This document shows positions 47,775 to 57,530 of a stretch of DNA of 64,000 nucleotides, one piece after another; within the stretch, counting starts at the first letter, position 1; each line of letters begins with the position of its first letter. The position numbers and the translations under genes were made by a program. The DNA is taken from assembly GCA_963705905.1 (NCBI GenBank), contig OY970123.1:134919-198918 (forward strand), in the 5' to 3' direction. The stretch comes from an uncultured Chloroflexia bacterium (GTDB taxonomy: Bacteria; Chloroflexota; Dehalococcoidia; GIF9; UBA5629). Under the pieces are notes generated by a model. That model did no database searches. It was not told the DNA's origin and saw only the letters and a program-made list of their open reading frames with translations.

Positions 47775-48421
47775 GGAACGTAACTACCGCTGGGATTACC
47801 GTCTGCGGCCACACCTATGACAGATATCTTGGTATGATAAAAGATTTCCACGGGCATGTCGCCCCGGGTGTGGTTCTTGGCGGACTCATGTTAGACATAG
47901 CATGTAGGAACCTTCCGAAAGGGCAGTACTTTGACGCATTATCCGAAACCAGATCATGCCTTCCGGATGCCATCCAACTGCTCACACCATGCACAGTGGG
48001 CAACGGCTGGCTGAGGATTGTAGATTTGAGCAAGTTTGCCCTGTCATTGTTCGAGAAATACACTGGCAACGGAGTCAGAGTATTCGTCGACAGCCAGAAG
48101 CTTGAAAGGTGGCCTGAACTAAAGACCTTCTTTTTCAAGCTGATACCCAAGAAAGAGCAGGATAGCAAAGCGCTTATGGTTGAGATCCGTTTGGCCGGTA
48201 CCTCAATTTTCGCCGTCGAGAAAGTAGTGGTCGACCTGGACTCCGTCAGATCATCAAAGCGCCGCGCGTTTGCTATCTGTCCAGGGTGCGGAGAAGGCTA
48301 TCCAAAAGACGACGGCGACATTTGCATTTCCTGCCAGGGCAGGTCTCCGTATCTATCCTGTGTCAGGCGGCCTGATCAACCGGAAGGCGATGCCAATGCT
48401 TCAGATGTGAAAAGAATTTAG
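47771..48421 (+). CDS. FmdE/FwdE-family protein with C-terminal zinc ribbon
   Basis: HGHVAPGVVLGG motif of the FwdE domain. C-terminal CPGCG...CISCQG. Start overlaps the upstream stop. Confidence 0.6.
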   Translation: MRNVTTAGITVCGHTYDRYLGMIKDFHGHVAPGVVLGGLMLDIACRNLPKGQYFDALSETRSCLPDAIQLLTPCTVGNGWLRIVDLSKFALSLFEKYTGNGVRVFVDSQKLERWPELKTFFFKLIPKKEQDSKALMVEIRLAGTSIFAVEKVVVDLDSVRSSKRRAFAICPGCGEGYPKDDGDICISCQGRSPYLSCVRRPDQPEGDANASDVKRI

Positions 48422-48434
48422 GAGGTTACTGAGA

Positions 48435-50702
48435 ATGTCGTGGAAGAAAACTACCTGTGTGCTTTGCCCCATGAGCTGCGGCCTCGAACTCCTGGTTGAA
48501 GATAATCGTATCACCAAAGTCCGCCCGGACAAAGACAGCCCGGTCAGCGAAGGCTACATATGCCGCAAGGGTATGAACGTTGCCTTTCACCAGCACAATG
48601 CAGACCGGGTGCTGTACCCGCTGAAGAAGGTGGGAAGCAAGTTCGAACGCGTATCCTGGGACCAGGCAATCAGCGAGATTTCCGCAAAGCTCAAGCAAAT
48701 ACTTCTTCAGCATGGTCCGCGCTCCCTGGCCTCGCTGGCGGGCGGCGGAGAATTCAGCATTTACGGTGGAAGGTACCTGGTCCAATTTGTTCGCATGCTC
48801 GGCTCGCGTTATCAGTATTCGTCTGCCAACCAGGAATTTGCGGGCCGGTATTGGGCGCATGGACTGACATTGGGGAGCCAAGCATTGGAACTGCCCCCTG
48901 ACTATGAGCATACCGAGATGCTGATGGCAATTGGCTGGAACGGAATGATGAGCCACCAGATACCCCAGGCGCGGAGAGTACTGACGAGAATCTCCAAGGA
49001 CCCGGACAGGCTCCTGGTGGTAGTCGACCCGCGTCTGTCGGAAACCGCGAAGATAGCGGATATACACCTGGCGCTTCGTCCCGGCACTGATGCGCTGCTC
49101 TTGAAATCGATGATCGCCATTATCCTGAAAGAGGGACTGTACAACAGGGAATACATCCAGGCGCATACGGAAGGGTTTGATAAGATCCTGCCCTGGTTTG
49201 CCGGTTTCGATGTGGATGCCGCGCTTAGGGTCTGTGAATTGGAGTACGGCCTGGTCCTGAAGGTATGCCGCGAATTCGCCCGGCGCCGCTCCTGCCTGCG
49301 TGATGACCTTGGCCTGCTGATGGGCCGGCATAGCTCGTACTTATCGTACCTGCTGGTCGTGCTACTGGCCATCTGCGGCCGGATAGGCGTGACCGGTGGC
49401 AACTACCTGACAGGTGGGAGAATATACTCCGATCCCAATGATCCCGGAACATGGCGTACGGCAGTGACCGGCATACCAGCCATTGCAGGGATGTTCCCTC
49501 CCAATGTCTTGCCGGAAGAAATCGCCAATGACCGCCCGGACCGGCTCAGGGCTGTTTTTGTGTGCGGCGCCAATCCGTTGCGGTCTTATGCGGATACGAC
49601 TGCGTACGAGGATGCGTTCTCACGGCTCGACCTGCTGGTAGTGACCGAGATGGTGATGAGTGAGACCGCTGCCCTTGCCCATTATGTCCTTCCCTCGAGG
49701 TCGGGATATGAATCATGGGACAGCCCCTTCAACCTTGTTCTTCCTTCCAAGCCCTACCGCCAATCATCGGAGAGTGCTGGGGAGTGTTCACTGGAATCCT
49801 ACGTGCGGATGCGGCGGCCGGTGGTTGAGCCTGAAGGGGAAAAGAAAGAAGCGGGCGAGATCTACACGCTGCTGGCTGAAGCCATGGGCTTAATCCCCGA
49901 GTTTCCGCAATCGCTATATCAGGCCGCAGAAAGCGGCGACCTGAAGGCATACAGGGACGCACTTGGTGATTACGCGATGCAGGACCCGAAGAATGCCCGG
50001 AACCTGCCATTCGTCACGGCAAAAACCCTGGGCAAGGCAACGGGTTCAGCACACCTTGCCCTCTATTTCACCTCCCTTTTACAGAGGTCGCAGAGAAGGC
50101 AGGAAGAGGCCGCCAGGGCAGGATTCGCCGAAGGGCCGGACCAGGGGCTAGCTATATATGAGGCCGTAACAGGCCGCCAGGAAGGAGTTGCAGTAGGGAT
50201 ACAGGAAATAGGGGAAAACCTGAAGAAACTGGCCACAAAAGAAGGCAGGATTCAACTTTACTCCAGGGAGATCGAGGACTGGATAAAGGGGATCAACTCG
50301 GCCGAAGAAGAAGAGCGGCTCAAAGCTGATGCCAGGTACCCATTGATTCTGATGGCAGGACGGCATATGGACATGAATGCCAATACCGCTATGAGGGACC
50401 CTGCATGGAATACAGGCCGGCGGCCCTGCACGCTGGCAATGAACCCGGCGGACGCAGAAAAGCTGGGACTGGCTGACAGGCAGTTGGTGAGGGTCGTAAC
50501 CGAGGCCGGTGAGGAGACAATAGAAGTCGAGGTGACCCTCGATGCGAGAAAGGGTCAGGTCATAATACCGCACGGGTTTGGACTGGTATACAATGGCGTT
50601 AAACACGGCGCGAATGTGAACCGACTGACAAAAAACACGAACCGGGACTTCGTTGGGACGCCCATTCACCGCTATATTCCCTGCCGCGTGGAAGCAGCAT
50701 AG
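48435..50702 (+). CDS. Molybdopterin-dependent oxidoreductase catalytic subunit (MopB superfamily, Fdh/YdeP-like), cytoplasmic
   Basis: N-terminal CVLCPMSCGL...C [4Fe-4S] motif. 755 aa, MGD-binding architecture. No Tat signal. Confidence 0.8.
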   Translation: MSWKKTTCVLCPMSCGLELLVEDNRITKVRPDKDSPVSEGYICRKGMNVAFHQHNADRVLYPLKKVGSKFERVSWDQAISEISAKLKQILLQHGPRSLASLAGGGEFSIYGGRYLVQFVRMLGSRYQYSSANQEFAGRYWAHGLTLGSQALELPPDYEHTEMLMAIGWNGMMSHQIPQARRVLTRISKDPDRLLVVVDPRLSETAKIADIHLALRPGTDALLLKSMIAIILKEGLYNREYIQAHTEGFDKILPWFAGFDVDAALRVCELEYGLVLKVCREFARRRSCLRDDLGLLMGRHSSYLSYLLVVLLAICGRIGVTGGNYLTGGRIYSDPNDPGTWRTAVTGIPAIAGMFPPNVLPEEIANDRPDRLRAVFVCGANPLRSYADTTAYEDAFSRLDLLVVTEMVMSETAALAHYVLPSRSGYESWDSPFNLVLPSKPYRQSSESAGECSLESYVRMRRPVVEPEGEKKEAGEIYTLLAEAMGLIPEFPQSLYQAAESGDLKAYRDALGDYAMQDPKNARNLPFVTAKTLGKATGSAHLALYFTSLLQRSQRRQEEAARAGFAEGPDQGLAIYEAVTGRQEGVAVGIQEIGENLKKLATKEGRIQLYSREIEDWIKGINSAEEEERLKADARYPLILMAGRHMDMNANTAMRDPAWNTGRRPCTLAMNPADAEKLGLADRQLVRVVTEAGEETIEVEVTLDARKGQVIIPHGFGLVYNGVKHGANVNRLTKNTNRDFVGTPIHRYIPCRVEAA

Positions 50703-50767
50703 AAACGACGGCGAGAGGCCCCATTATTGTCTGAATATGAACATAGTTTGAAGATCGCGTAGCAATA

Positions 50768-51391
50768 ATGATCGCAGCAAAACCAGCGTCCATCATCCTG
50801 TGCGGCGGCACGACGCGCCGTTTCGGCGGGAATAAAGCCAATGCCTCCGTTGGAGGCCGCCAGGTAATTGAGCGTATCTTCAAGGTCCTCGAGCCGCTTT
50901 CCAGCCGGATTATCGCGGTCACTTCGGGTGAAAACACTGACGTCCGCATACCGGATGGGGCTGTGGTTGTCGTTGACATCTATCCCGGAAGGGGACCCCT
51001 GGGAGGCATCTACACCGGACTTCTCCATGCACATTCCGACTTCGCCCTGGTGGTCGGGTGCGACATGCCTTTTCTTAATGCCGGGCTGATCAGCTTTATG
51101 TTCAGCCTGGCTGATGGGTTCGACGCGGTTGCTCCCCGGATTGGCGGCAGGTATATAGAACCGCTCCATACTGTCTATACACGGGCATGCCTGGCCAGGA
51201 TAGAAAGTCAACTTAAAAGCGGGCAGCAGTCTATATGGCCGGTGCTTAGGGAGCTTAATACCCGGTATATGGAGAAAAAGGAGTACCTCCCGCTGGATCC
51301 CCGCCTTCTGTCCTTCTTCAATATCAACGTCCCGGAAGACCTCGAGCGCGCTAACCGGATAGCTGCCCAACTGGATACCGATATTGTCTAA
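50768..51391 (+). CDS. mobA: Molybdenum cofactor guanylyltransferase
   Basis: ILCGGTTRRFGG...K motif. GCDMPFL motif, 207 aa. Confidence 0.75.
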   Translation: MIAAKPASIILCGGTTRRFGGNKANASVGGRQVIERIFKVLEPLSSRIIAVTSGENTDVRIPDGAVVVVDIYPGRGPLGGIYTGLLHAHSDFALVVGCDMPFLNAGLISFMFSLADGFDAVAPRIGGRYIEPLHTVYTRACLARIESQLKSGQQSIWPVLRELNTRYMEKKEYLPLDPRLLSFFNINVPEDLERANRIAAQLDTDIV

Positions 51392-51469
51392 TGGGTACGT
51401 CCTGGCAGCAAACTCCATTGTAAGAATATACCGGATTAATTGGAGCTAAGATAATTATCTGGAGGGATG

Positions 51470-51515
51470 GTGGGCCATTCTGGATTCGAACCAGAGACCC
51501 CAGTCTTATCAGGAC
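51470..51515. repeat. attL: duplicate of the tRNA-Ile 3' half
   Basis: gtgggccattctggattcgaaccagagaccccagtcttatcaggac is an exact 46-bp copy of 55274-55319. Confidence 0.7.
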
Positions 51516-51886
51516 GATTCCCCTGTCGATTTGATTTCATCTCTTCTGGACCAGCTCGTAGGACTGGGTGAGATAGCGCGCCAACTTAAGCTTGCGTTCG
51601 GCTCCAACGGGCACCCAGCGGCGGAAGTCCGCAACATTATGGAAGCAATAGCCAGAGACCGAGGATAGTCTCTGCCTTTGTTGGCTGTCGGAAGTTCGAA
51701 TCCATACGGTTGGGCCAGTGGTAATTTTTCAACACGAAAGAGTTGAGACATTTCTGGAAATTAGCCTCTCATAGTCACCCATCAGCTATCAGGGGAGTAC
51801 GTAGAAGGGAGCTTTGCAAAGAGCAGAGGCAGGTACTACCTTTGACTGTGGCTGTGATCTAATATAGGCTAACAAGATTCCATGTA

Positions 51887-52510
51887 CTAGAGCTTGTCAG
51901 CAGTGGTATCGTTTATCCAACATGGCAATCGGATAGGGAATCTTACTTCTCGAATCCTGATGTTACCCATTGCCCACCTATGCCCGGCTCTAGGTTTTAC
52001 ACAGGTCACGCAAATAAAGGATACCTTGCACGGTTTGTCGAATTTAATAGTTATGCCACGGCCAGCATATTCCTCAATAGTATTAAACTCACAAACCGGA
52101 CCATGTTCACTATCGATCGTAACTTTCCATTCTTTGGGATAATCAAGGGTGTGGCCTGTGCCTTGCAGGAACGTTATTTCTTGAAATACTCTATCCCTAC
52201 CATATTCTCTGCGCTTGCGCATATCTAAACAAAAATAATCGTTCTCCTTCTGTTCATCGGGACTTACCCAGAATAGAGTTTCCTTGCCGCGTCTTGTTTC
52301 TTCAAGAAAACTAGCTGTCAGTTCCCACTCGGAACAACTTGGCCATAAACGGTCTTGCAGGAACCAAAAAACTGTCAACAGGGTAGCGACTACCCCTACT
52401 AACACTACAGCCCCCACTTTGCAGACCTCCCATACAAGGGAACCAGCAAGGCCAAGAAATGCCCCCCAAAATAGCAAAGCCATCTGAGAAGTAACCCATC
52501 TACTGCGCAT
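51887..52510 (-). CDS. Hypothetical membrane-anchored protein (element cargo)
   Basis: 207-aa ORF with two N-terminal hydrophobic helices. No known motif. Confidence 0.4.
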   Translation of the reverse strand: MRSRWVTSQMALLFWGAFLGLAGSLVWEVCKVGAVVLVGVVATLLTVFWFLQDRLWPSCSEWELTASFLEETRRGKETLFWVSPDEQKENDYFCLDMRKRREYGRDRVFQEITFLQGTGHTLDYPKEWKVTIDSEHGPVCEFNTIEEYAGRGITIKFDKPCKVSFICVTCVKPRAGHRWAMGNIRIREVRFPIRLPCWINDTTADKL

Positions 52511-52815
52511 ACTTCTAGCTCCCTTAGCTTTTGGGAGGATTGTAAGTTATCATACACCACAAGGCTGGCTCATGACAATCACTAAGTCCAAGCGCCGCTG
52601 TTTGGGAACCTGTAACTTTGGCGATTCCAGCTTCCGCCATCCTGACCGTGGCCCTAATTCCCCGATTCATTAGGTATTGAATATCCTCGCCAGATTCAGG
52701 TGCCCTATGACGCGCAATTTCTTCAAGTATAAGGTTTTCTTGAGCAATATATGTATGTCATTAACACAGAAAGGAGAATTTCATAAAGGAGAAATGTTAT
52801 GATGTGTGAACGAAA

Positions 52816-53370
52816 ATGGATCCATGTGTCTCAATACTCAGTTCGTTGCGTGTGATTTTTCAGCCCGTGCTATCAGTTATCAAGTATAAACGGAGTAAAC
52901 CAATAATAACTTTTGGAACTCCGTACTCTGAAGATGATTATATGGGTAGAACTTGGTATATTCCTATTTCTAATGCCAGGACTGATAGGTGGTGGAAGGC
53001 GGCTTTCTGCCCAAACAAGGACGTTCCGAAATGTCATATACATGGTGATTTTACTCTTTGCGGCAAGTTGCTAAATACCTATGATTGGAAAGGGGACATA
53101 GCACCGATTAGTCTTCCGGCAAATTCAGAACCATATTTGCTGGAATGTATAAATAAAAGAGAAGGATATGAAAAATGTGGTATTGTGCCGGTTCCAATGA
53201 GTGATAATGAGCGTTTACCACTGTCAAGCATGCCTATTATCGTTATTTTCTCTGTTATAGAAGGTGGTATTATACTGGGTACTCACAAATACTACATCAA
53301 GAATATAGGTGTACATTTAGATGATTTGATAGTTTACGGCGAGGATCAAACTCCTGTGCTAGTGACATAG
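52816..53370 (+). CDS. Hypothetical protein (element cargo)
   Basis: 184-aa ORF in the AT-rich interior of the element. No known motif. Confidence 0.4.
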   Translation: MDPCVSILSSLRVIFQPVLSVIKYKRSKPIITFGTPYSEDDYMGRTWYIPISNARTDRWWKAAFCPNKDVPKCHIHGDFTLCGKLLNTYDWKGDIAPISLPANSEPYLLECINKREGYEKCGIVPVPMSDNERLPLSSMPIIVIFSVIEGGIILGTHKYYIKNIGVHLDDLIVYGEDQTPVLVT

Positions 53371-53520
53371 AAACATTCGGCAAAAACCGAGAGCGTGTGT
53401 TATGTGTCTCTTTTTCTCCAGGAAGCACTTGCAGAATGACCATCCGATCTAGACGACAGATTCACGTCAGCTTTGTCCAGCTTAATGCCCTCCGGAATCA
53501 GGTTGTCCACCAATACACGA

Positions 53521-53650
53521 CCTGTCAAGAAATGACTGGCACCACCCGTTCAACACGCGTTCAACATCCGTTCAGTGCCTGTCAAGAAATGACTGGCAAC
53601 ATACGTTCAACGCCTGTCAAGACTGACTGTCAACAACCGTTCAACAACTA
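53521..53650. repeat. Iteron-like array: 3x 21-bp CCTGTCAAGAAATGACTGGCA-type repeats interleaved with 5x CGTTCAAC
   Basis: Exact 21-mer at 53521 and 53578, a variant at 53613. CGTTCAAC(A) occurs five times. Confidence 0.65.
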
Positions 53651-53737
53651 GCACAGTGGGCTTGGCACGGCGGTTAATCCCCTTCTCAAGATTGTCCCTT
53701 GAACAATTGTAAGGATTTGTGTTAATCTCTTATAAGC

Positions 53738-54100
53738 ATGGCAGAGAAGTACAAGTCCATAGGGCTAAAAGAGACAGAATACGAGAAGTTGGCTGATGCT
53801 AAGCGGAGCTTCGAGCAACGGCTAGGGAGACCATTGGCGTGGCCACTATTCCTTCAAATGCTGGCAAGCATTCGTATCTTAGAACGAGAGGAACACACGA
53901 TGCACCTGGAAGAGGATGAGCAGCCAATGACTGAAGCGGAAATGGCAGAAGCAGGTGTGAAGAGAGAACTGGGGATACCGATAATGCTACCGGAAGAACA
54001 AATTGAGGATATCGCCAATAGAGTGGCAAATAAGATATTGGAGAAGATAGGAAAACAAAATAAGGCAGCTCTCCCACTGGCAAGGCGCTGCCGGGCCTAG
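53738..54100 (+). CDS. Hypothetical small protein upstream of integrase (possible excisionase/regulator)
   Basis: 120-aa ORF, charged and helical, ending 19 bp before int. Function not recognisable. Confidence 0.4.
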   Translation: MAEKYKSIGLKETEYEKLADAKRSFEQRLGRPLAWPLFLQMLASIRILEREEHTMHLEEDEQPMTEAEMAEAGVKRELGIPIMLPEEQIEDIANRVANKILEKIGKQNKAALPLARRCRA

Positions 54101-54119
54101 TGACCATAAGGAGGCTCTT

Positions 54120-55337
54120 ATGACCACCAAGAGGAAACTAGCACGACAGGTACTACCGAATCAAATACTTCACTTCCCGCCGGACAGTCACCGTCCAGTA
54201 ACCGAGTTTCAGTATCCCAACTATGGGATTCCAAACAGGCCGCTTGTCGCCATTCAAGATGTCCGGGCGGCTTTAGCGGCGGACGATCCCCAGGTCGCTC
54301 TAAATAAACTTGGCATTGTGTCTGCTGATTCTGGGGCCACGCTCAATGAATACCTGAATCACTGGACTGTCACTTCTTTCCACTACCGTTCCCTCATTGA
54401 CCAATATATCCGGCCGGACCTTGGCCACTACCGTCTCAAGCAGCTTTCGAAGGACGCAATTACGGCATGGGTGAATGGCCTGAAGTCCGTGAAAAAGCCC
54501 ACTGAGGGCTTGGCCGTTGGTACGAAAAGGCGCGTACTCCGGTGCCTGCACAAGGTGTTGGCAGACGCGGTCGAGGCTCACCGGATTGCCATGAACCCAG
54601 CTGACGGTGTCAAGGTGTTATCTGATGGCGATGACGAGGGCGACGTCAATCCATTTACAGAAGAGGAATTGGCTACCCTTCTGGAGGCGAATACTGCCTA
54701 TCGTGACTACTACGCTGTTCTTGCCTGGACCGGGCTTCGCAGGGGTGAGTTGATCGGCCTTAGACGAAAGGATTTCCGACGTGATAGGGAGACAGGCAGT
54801 TACTTCCTGATAGTCGAACGGAGTTACGACGCTCGGACTCACAAGATGCGCGTATGCAAGAACCGCGAGAAGCGGCGCGTAGACCTCTGGCCAGACACAG
54901 CCAAGATAATCTCCGCCCGCCTGCGAGAGTCAGGCCAGCCGGATGATATCATCTTCGCTGGGAAGGCTGGGCGGCCGGTCAATCCAACGACTCTGACACA
55001 TGCCATTCGAGACACACTTCCAGCGTTGGGATTGGCACATCATCGTCTGCACGACTTGCGACACACACATGCCACTATGCTGTTGGCTAGTGGGTGGGGT
55101 GTAGTCGACGTTGCAAACAGACTAGGCCACAAAGACCCATCCGTAACGCTCCGTGTCTACGCCCACTGCATTCCAGGACACCAGGCGGGCCTGATTGCTG
55201 CCAAACCGAACCTTGCAAAAGCACAGTCTAACGGCACAGTCTTCGAACCTAAATCCGAGTTGTCTAAGATCAAGTGGGCCATTCTGGATTCGAACCAGAG
55301 ACCCCAGTCTTATCAGGACTGTGCTCTAACCAACTGA
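54120..55337 (+). CDS. int: Tyrosine-type site-specific integrase
   Basis: RBS AAGGAGG. C-terminal catalytic box HDLRHTHATMLLASG...LGHKDPSVTLRVYAH (R..HxxR..Y). The 3' end runs into the antisense tRNA-Ile. Confidence 0.85.
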   Translation: MTTKRKLARQVLPNQILHFPPDSHRPVTEFQYPNYGIPNRPLVAIQDVRAALAADDPQVALNKLGIVSADSGATLNEYLNHWTVTSFHYRSLIDQYIRPDLGHYRLKQLSKDAITAWVNGLKSVKKPTEGLAVGTKRRVLRCLHKVLADAVEAHRIAMNPADGVKVLSDGDDEGDVNPFTEEELATLLEANTAYRDYYAVLAWTGLRRGELIGLRRKDFRRDRETGSYFLIVERSYDARTHKMRVCKNREKRRVDLWPDTAKIISARLRESGQPDDIIFAGKAGRPVNPTTLTHAIRDTLPALGLAHHRLHDLRHTHATMLLASGWGVVDVANRLGHKDPSVTLRVYAHCIPGHQAGLIAAKPNLAKAQSNGTVFEPKSELSKIKWAILDSNQRPQSYQDCALTN

Positions 55338-55348
55338 GCTAATGGCCC
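55275..55348 (-). tRNA. tRNA-Ile (anticodon GAT)
   Basis: Reverse complement GGGCCATTAGCTCAGTTGGTTAGAGCACAGTCCTGATAAGACTGGGGTCTCTGGTTCGAATCCAGAATGGCCCA folds as a cloverleaf with anticodon loop CTGATAA. Confidence 0.85.
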
Positions 55349-55450
55349 TAGAAACGCAGAGTAAAGTATATATTTTGCGCTAATTCAGTGTCAAGGACTC
55401 TGCACTCGTCGATCAGGTATTAACAACGACCGGTTTTCAAGTGGAATAGA

Positions 55451-56515
55451 TTACTTTATCTTATATACCCACTTGAATTTATCGGGCTTCTCACCATACT
55501 GGATGCCCGTGATCGTATTATACAGCTTTAGTGCCAGCTTGCCGGTCTTGCCCCCGTTTATGGTGATCGTTTTGGTCTTATGCTTGATTGCACCAACCGG
55601 AGATATTACCGCGGCAGTCCCGGTGCCGAAGGCCTCCTTCAGCCTTCCGCTGTCGGCCGCTTTCATCAGCTCGTCCATGCTGATCCTGCGCTCGTTGACC
55701 TCCATTCCCCAGTCCCTGGCAATCTGAATGACCGAATCGCGAGTGACGCCCGCCAATATGGTTCCGCTCAGGTGCGGAGTGACCAACACATCATCGATCA
55801 GGAAAAACACGTTCATCGTGCCGACTTCCTCGATATAGTTGCGATGGACTCCGTCCAGCCAGAGTACTTGTGTGAACCCTTTCTTCTGAGCTTCATCAGC
55901 CGCGAAAAGGCTGGCCGCATAGTTGCCCGCCGTTTTAACCGCGCCGCAGCCGCCTTCCACCGACCTGGCATGCTCGACGGCGGTCACCAGCTTAACCGGG
56001 TTAAACCCTTCCTTATAATAAGCGCCTACGGGCGAAAGTATAATCATGAACTGATAGGTATGCGCCACATGGACGCCCAGTGTGCTGTCCATGGCAAAAG
56101 CAAAGGGGCGGATATAAAGGGAATAGCCCTTTTGTTTGGGTATCCACTCCCTGTCGATCCTTAGCAGATGCACCAGCCCTTCTAAGAAAACCTTTTTGTC
56201 AACAGGTGGTATGCAAAGCCGGTGAGCGGATAGATTAAAGCGGTCGATATGCCTTTCAGGCCTGAATACATTGATCGAGCCATCTTTGGCATAAAATGCC
56301 TTGAGGCCTTCGAAGATAGACTGGCCGTAATGCAGCGTCGAGAGTGAGGGGAATATCCTCATGGGTCCGAAAGGCACGATCTTGGGTGCACCCCAGCGGC
56401 CCTTGCTGTACGCCATTTTTAGCATGTGGTCGGTGAAGATATCTCCAAAGCCCAGTCCGGCGAAATCGACCTTGCTGATCTTGCTGCGTTTGATTTTTCT
56501 AACTTCAATAGCCAT
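55451..56515 (-). CDS. ilvE: Branched-chain amino acid aminotransferase (class IV PLP)
   Basis: Start at the internal Met (MAIEVRKIKRS...LGFGDIFTDHM). The ORF's upstream extension overlaps the tRNA-Leu. Confidence 0.8.
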   Translation of the reverse strand: MAIEVRKIKRSKISKVDFAGLGFGDIFTDHMLKMAYSKGRWGAPKIVPFGPMRIFPSLSTLHYGQSIFEGLKAFYAKDGSINVFRPERHIDRFNLSAHRLCIPPVDKKVFLEGLVHLLRIDREWIPKQKGYSLYIRPFAFAMDSTLGVHVAHTYQFMIILSPVGAYYKEGFNPVKLVTAVEHARSVEGGCGAVKTAGNYAASLFAADEAQKKGFTQVLWLDGVHRNYIEEVGTMNVFFLIDDVLVTPHLSGTILAGVTRDSVIQIARDWGMEVNERRISMDELMKAADSGRLKEAFGTGTAAVISPVGAIKHKTKTITINGGKTGKLALKLYNTITGIQYGEKPDKFKWVYKIK

Positions 56516-56551
56516 CTCATCACCTGTAATAATATTTGCTCCGGATTCCCC

Positions 56552-56633
56552 TGGGGAAGAGGGGACTCGAACCCCTACGCCTTGCGGCACATGATCCTAA
56601 GTCATGCTCGTCTGCCAGTTCCGACACTCCCCC
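56552..56633 (-). tRNA. tRNA-Leu (anticodon TAG), long variable arm
   Basis: Reverse complement GGGGGAGTGTCGGAACTGGCAGACGAGCATGACTTAGGATCATGTGCCGCAAGGCGTAGGGGTTCGAGTCCCCTCTTCCCCA. Anticodon loop CTTAGGA. Confidence 0.75.
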
Positions 56634-57530
56634 ACGAAGCTGTTTCTAATATAACTCATTTGCACAAAAAAGTTAATCGACCAGCTGAAAAGTTAACTAA
56701 ACAGCTTCTTGACGAGTTCATATAGTCAAGAAGGCAGGGGTTATCCAGACGTACTATATTATTCTATCAAACGTGTTTAAGCAAATATAACGGCATGGAT
56801 TTGACGTCACAGGGAGTTAACCAGTTTCTTACATCTTTAACCTGCAGAAATAGTAAGTTTGCCTACTATAGAGCTATCAGAGCGTTTTGAAATACATTAA
56901 AATTGTTCAGGGCATTCTAACGGAGCCCACTCACAAATATTTGACGAGTAAAAAGGTTCATCTGAAGAGGTCCCTTTCTTTTTAGCTTCGCCAGATTCAA
57001 GATTAGATTTTGAGACAAACTGAATCTCTTGTTTCATAGGATAATTTGAACATGGCTTTATATTATCGTAGAGCCATAGCCAGTAACAAATATTCTTTTT
57101 ATAACACATTAAGTATCACTCTTACTTTTGTGACCATTAAAGGGCTCACGGCAAGAACTGAAAGTAAAAGTATGAGAGAAACTGTCTATTTCCCGTGATT
57201 TAATGTCTAGACCTCACTACTTTGAACGTAACAGTAACCATCATATTAGAACTGGATCGGTTTGCTGTGACATTTATATCAGCCTCCCACCATTGAGCGC
57301 ATGTATTATACACCTATGCATAACAGATGGGAATAGGGAAAGTACGAAAAAGAATCGAAATAAAATTGTGAAAATAAAAGTAGACGAGGAAGCTGCTTCC
57401 TCGCCTACTTAAATCATTCAAGTTCAGTAAAATATATATGGCTTTCGATACCGGATACCAATCATTTAGCCTTATACTTCGTATTGATGAGATAGTGCTT
57501 CAAGCGATTGAAAAGATCGCTTCCCGGCAT

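Larger units (their letters stand above)
51470..55348. mobile_element. Small integrated element (~3.9 kb) inserted into tRNA-Ile(GAT), bounded by 46-bp direct repeats
   Basis: 46 bp at 51470-51515 are identical to 55274-55319 (the tRNA 3' half from anticodon loop to discriminator). A tyrosine integrase gene abuts the intact tRNA. The interior is AT-rich with orphan ORFs and an iteron array. Confidence 0.65.

Noticed and set aside
50148-51418. 173-aa and 248-aa minus-strand ORFs
   Set aside because: Antisense to the MopB oxidoreductase 3' end and to mobA.
51509-51751. 80-aa minus-strand ORF just inside attL
   Set aside because: Short, no RBS or motifs, and overlaps the att repeat. Likely noise.
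53397-53651. 84-aa ORF
   Set aside because: Lies entirely over the iteron-like repeat array. The repetitive translation (TCQEMTG...) mirrors the DNA repeats.
55451-56590. N-terminal extension of the ilvE ORF reaching into tRNA-Leu
   Set aside because: The extension overlaps a structurally convincing tRNA on the same strand. An internal Met gives the canonical BCAT N-terminus.
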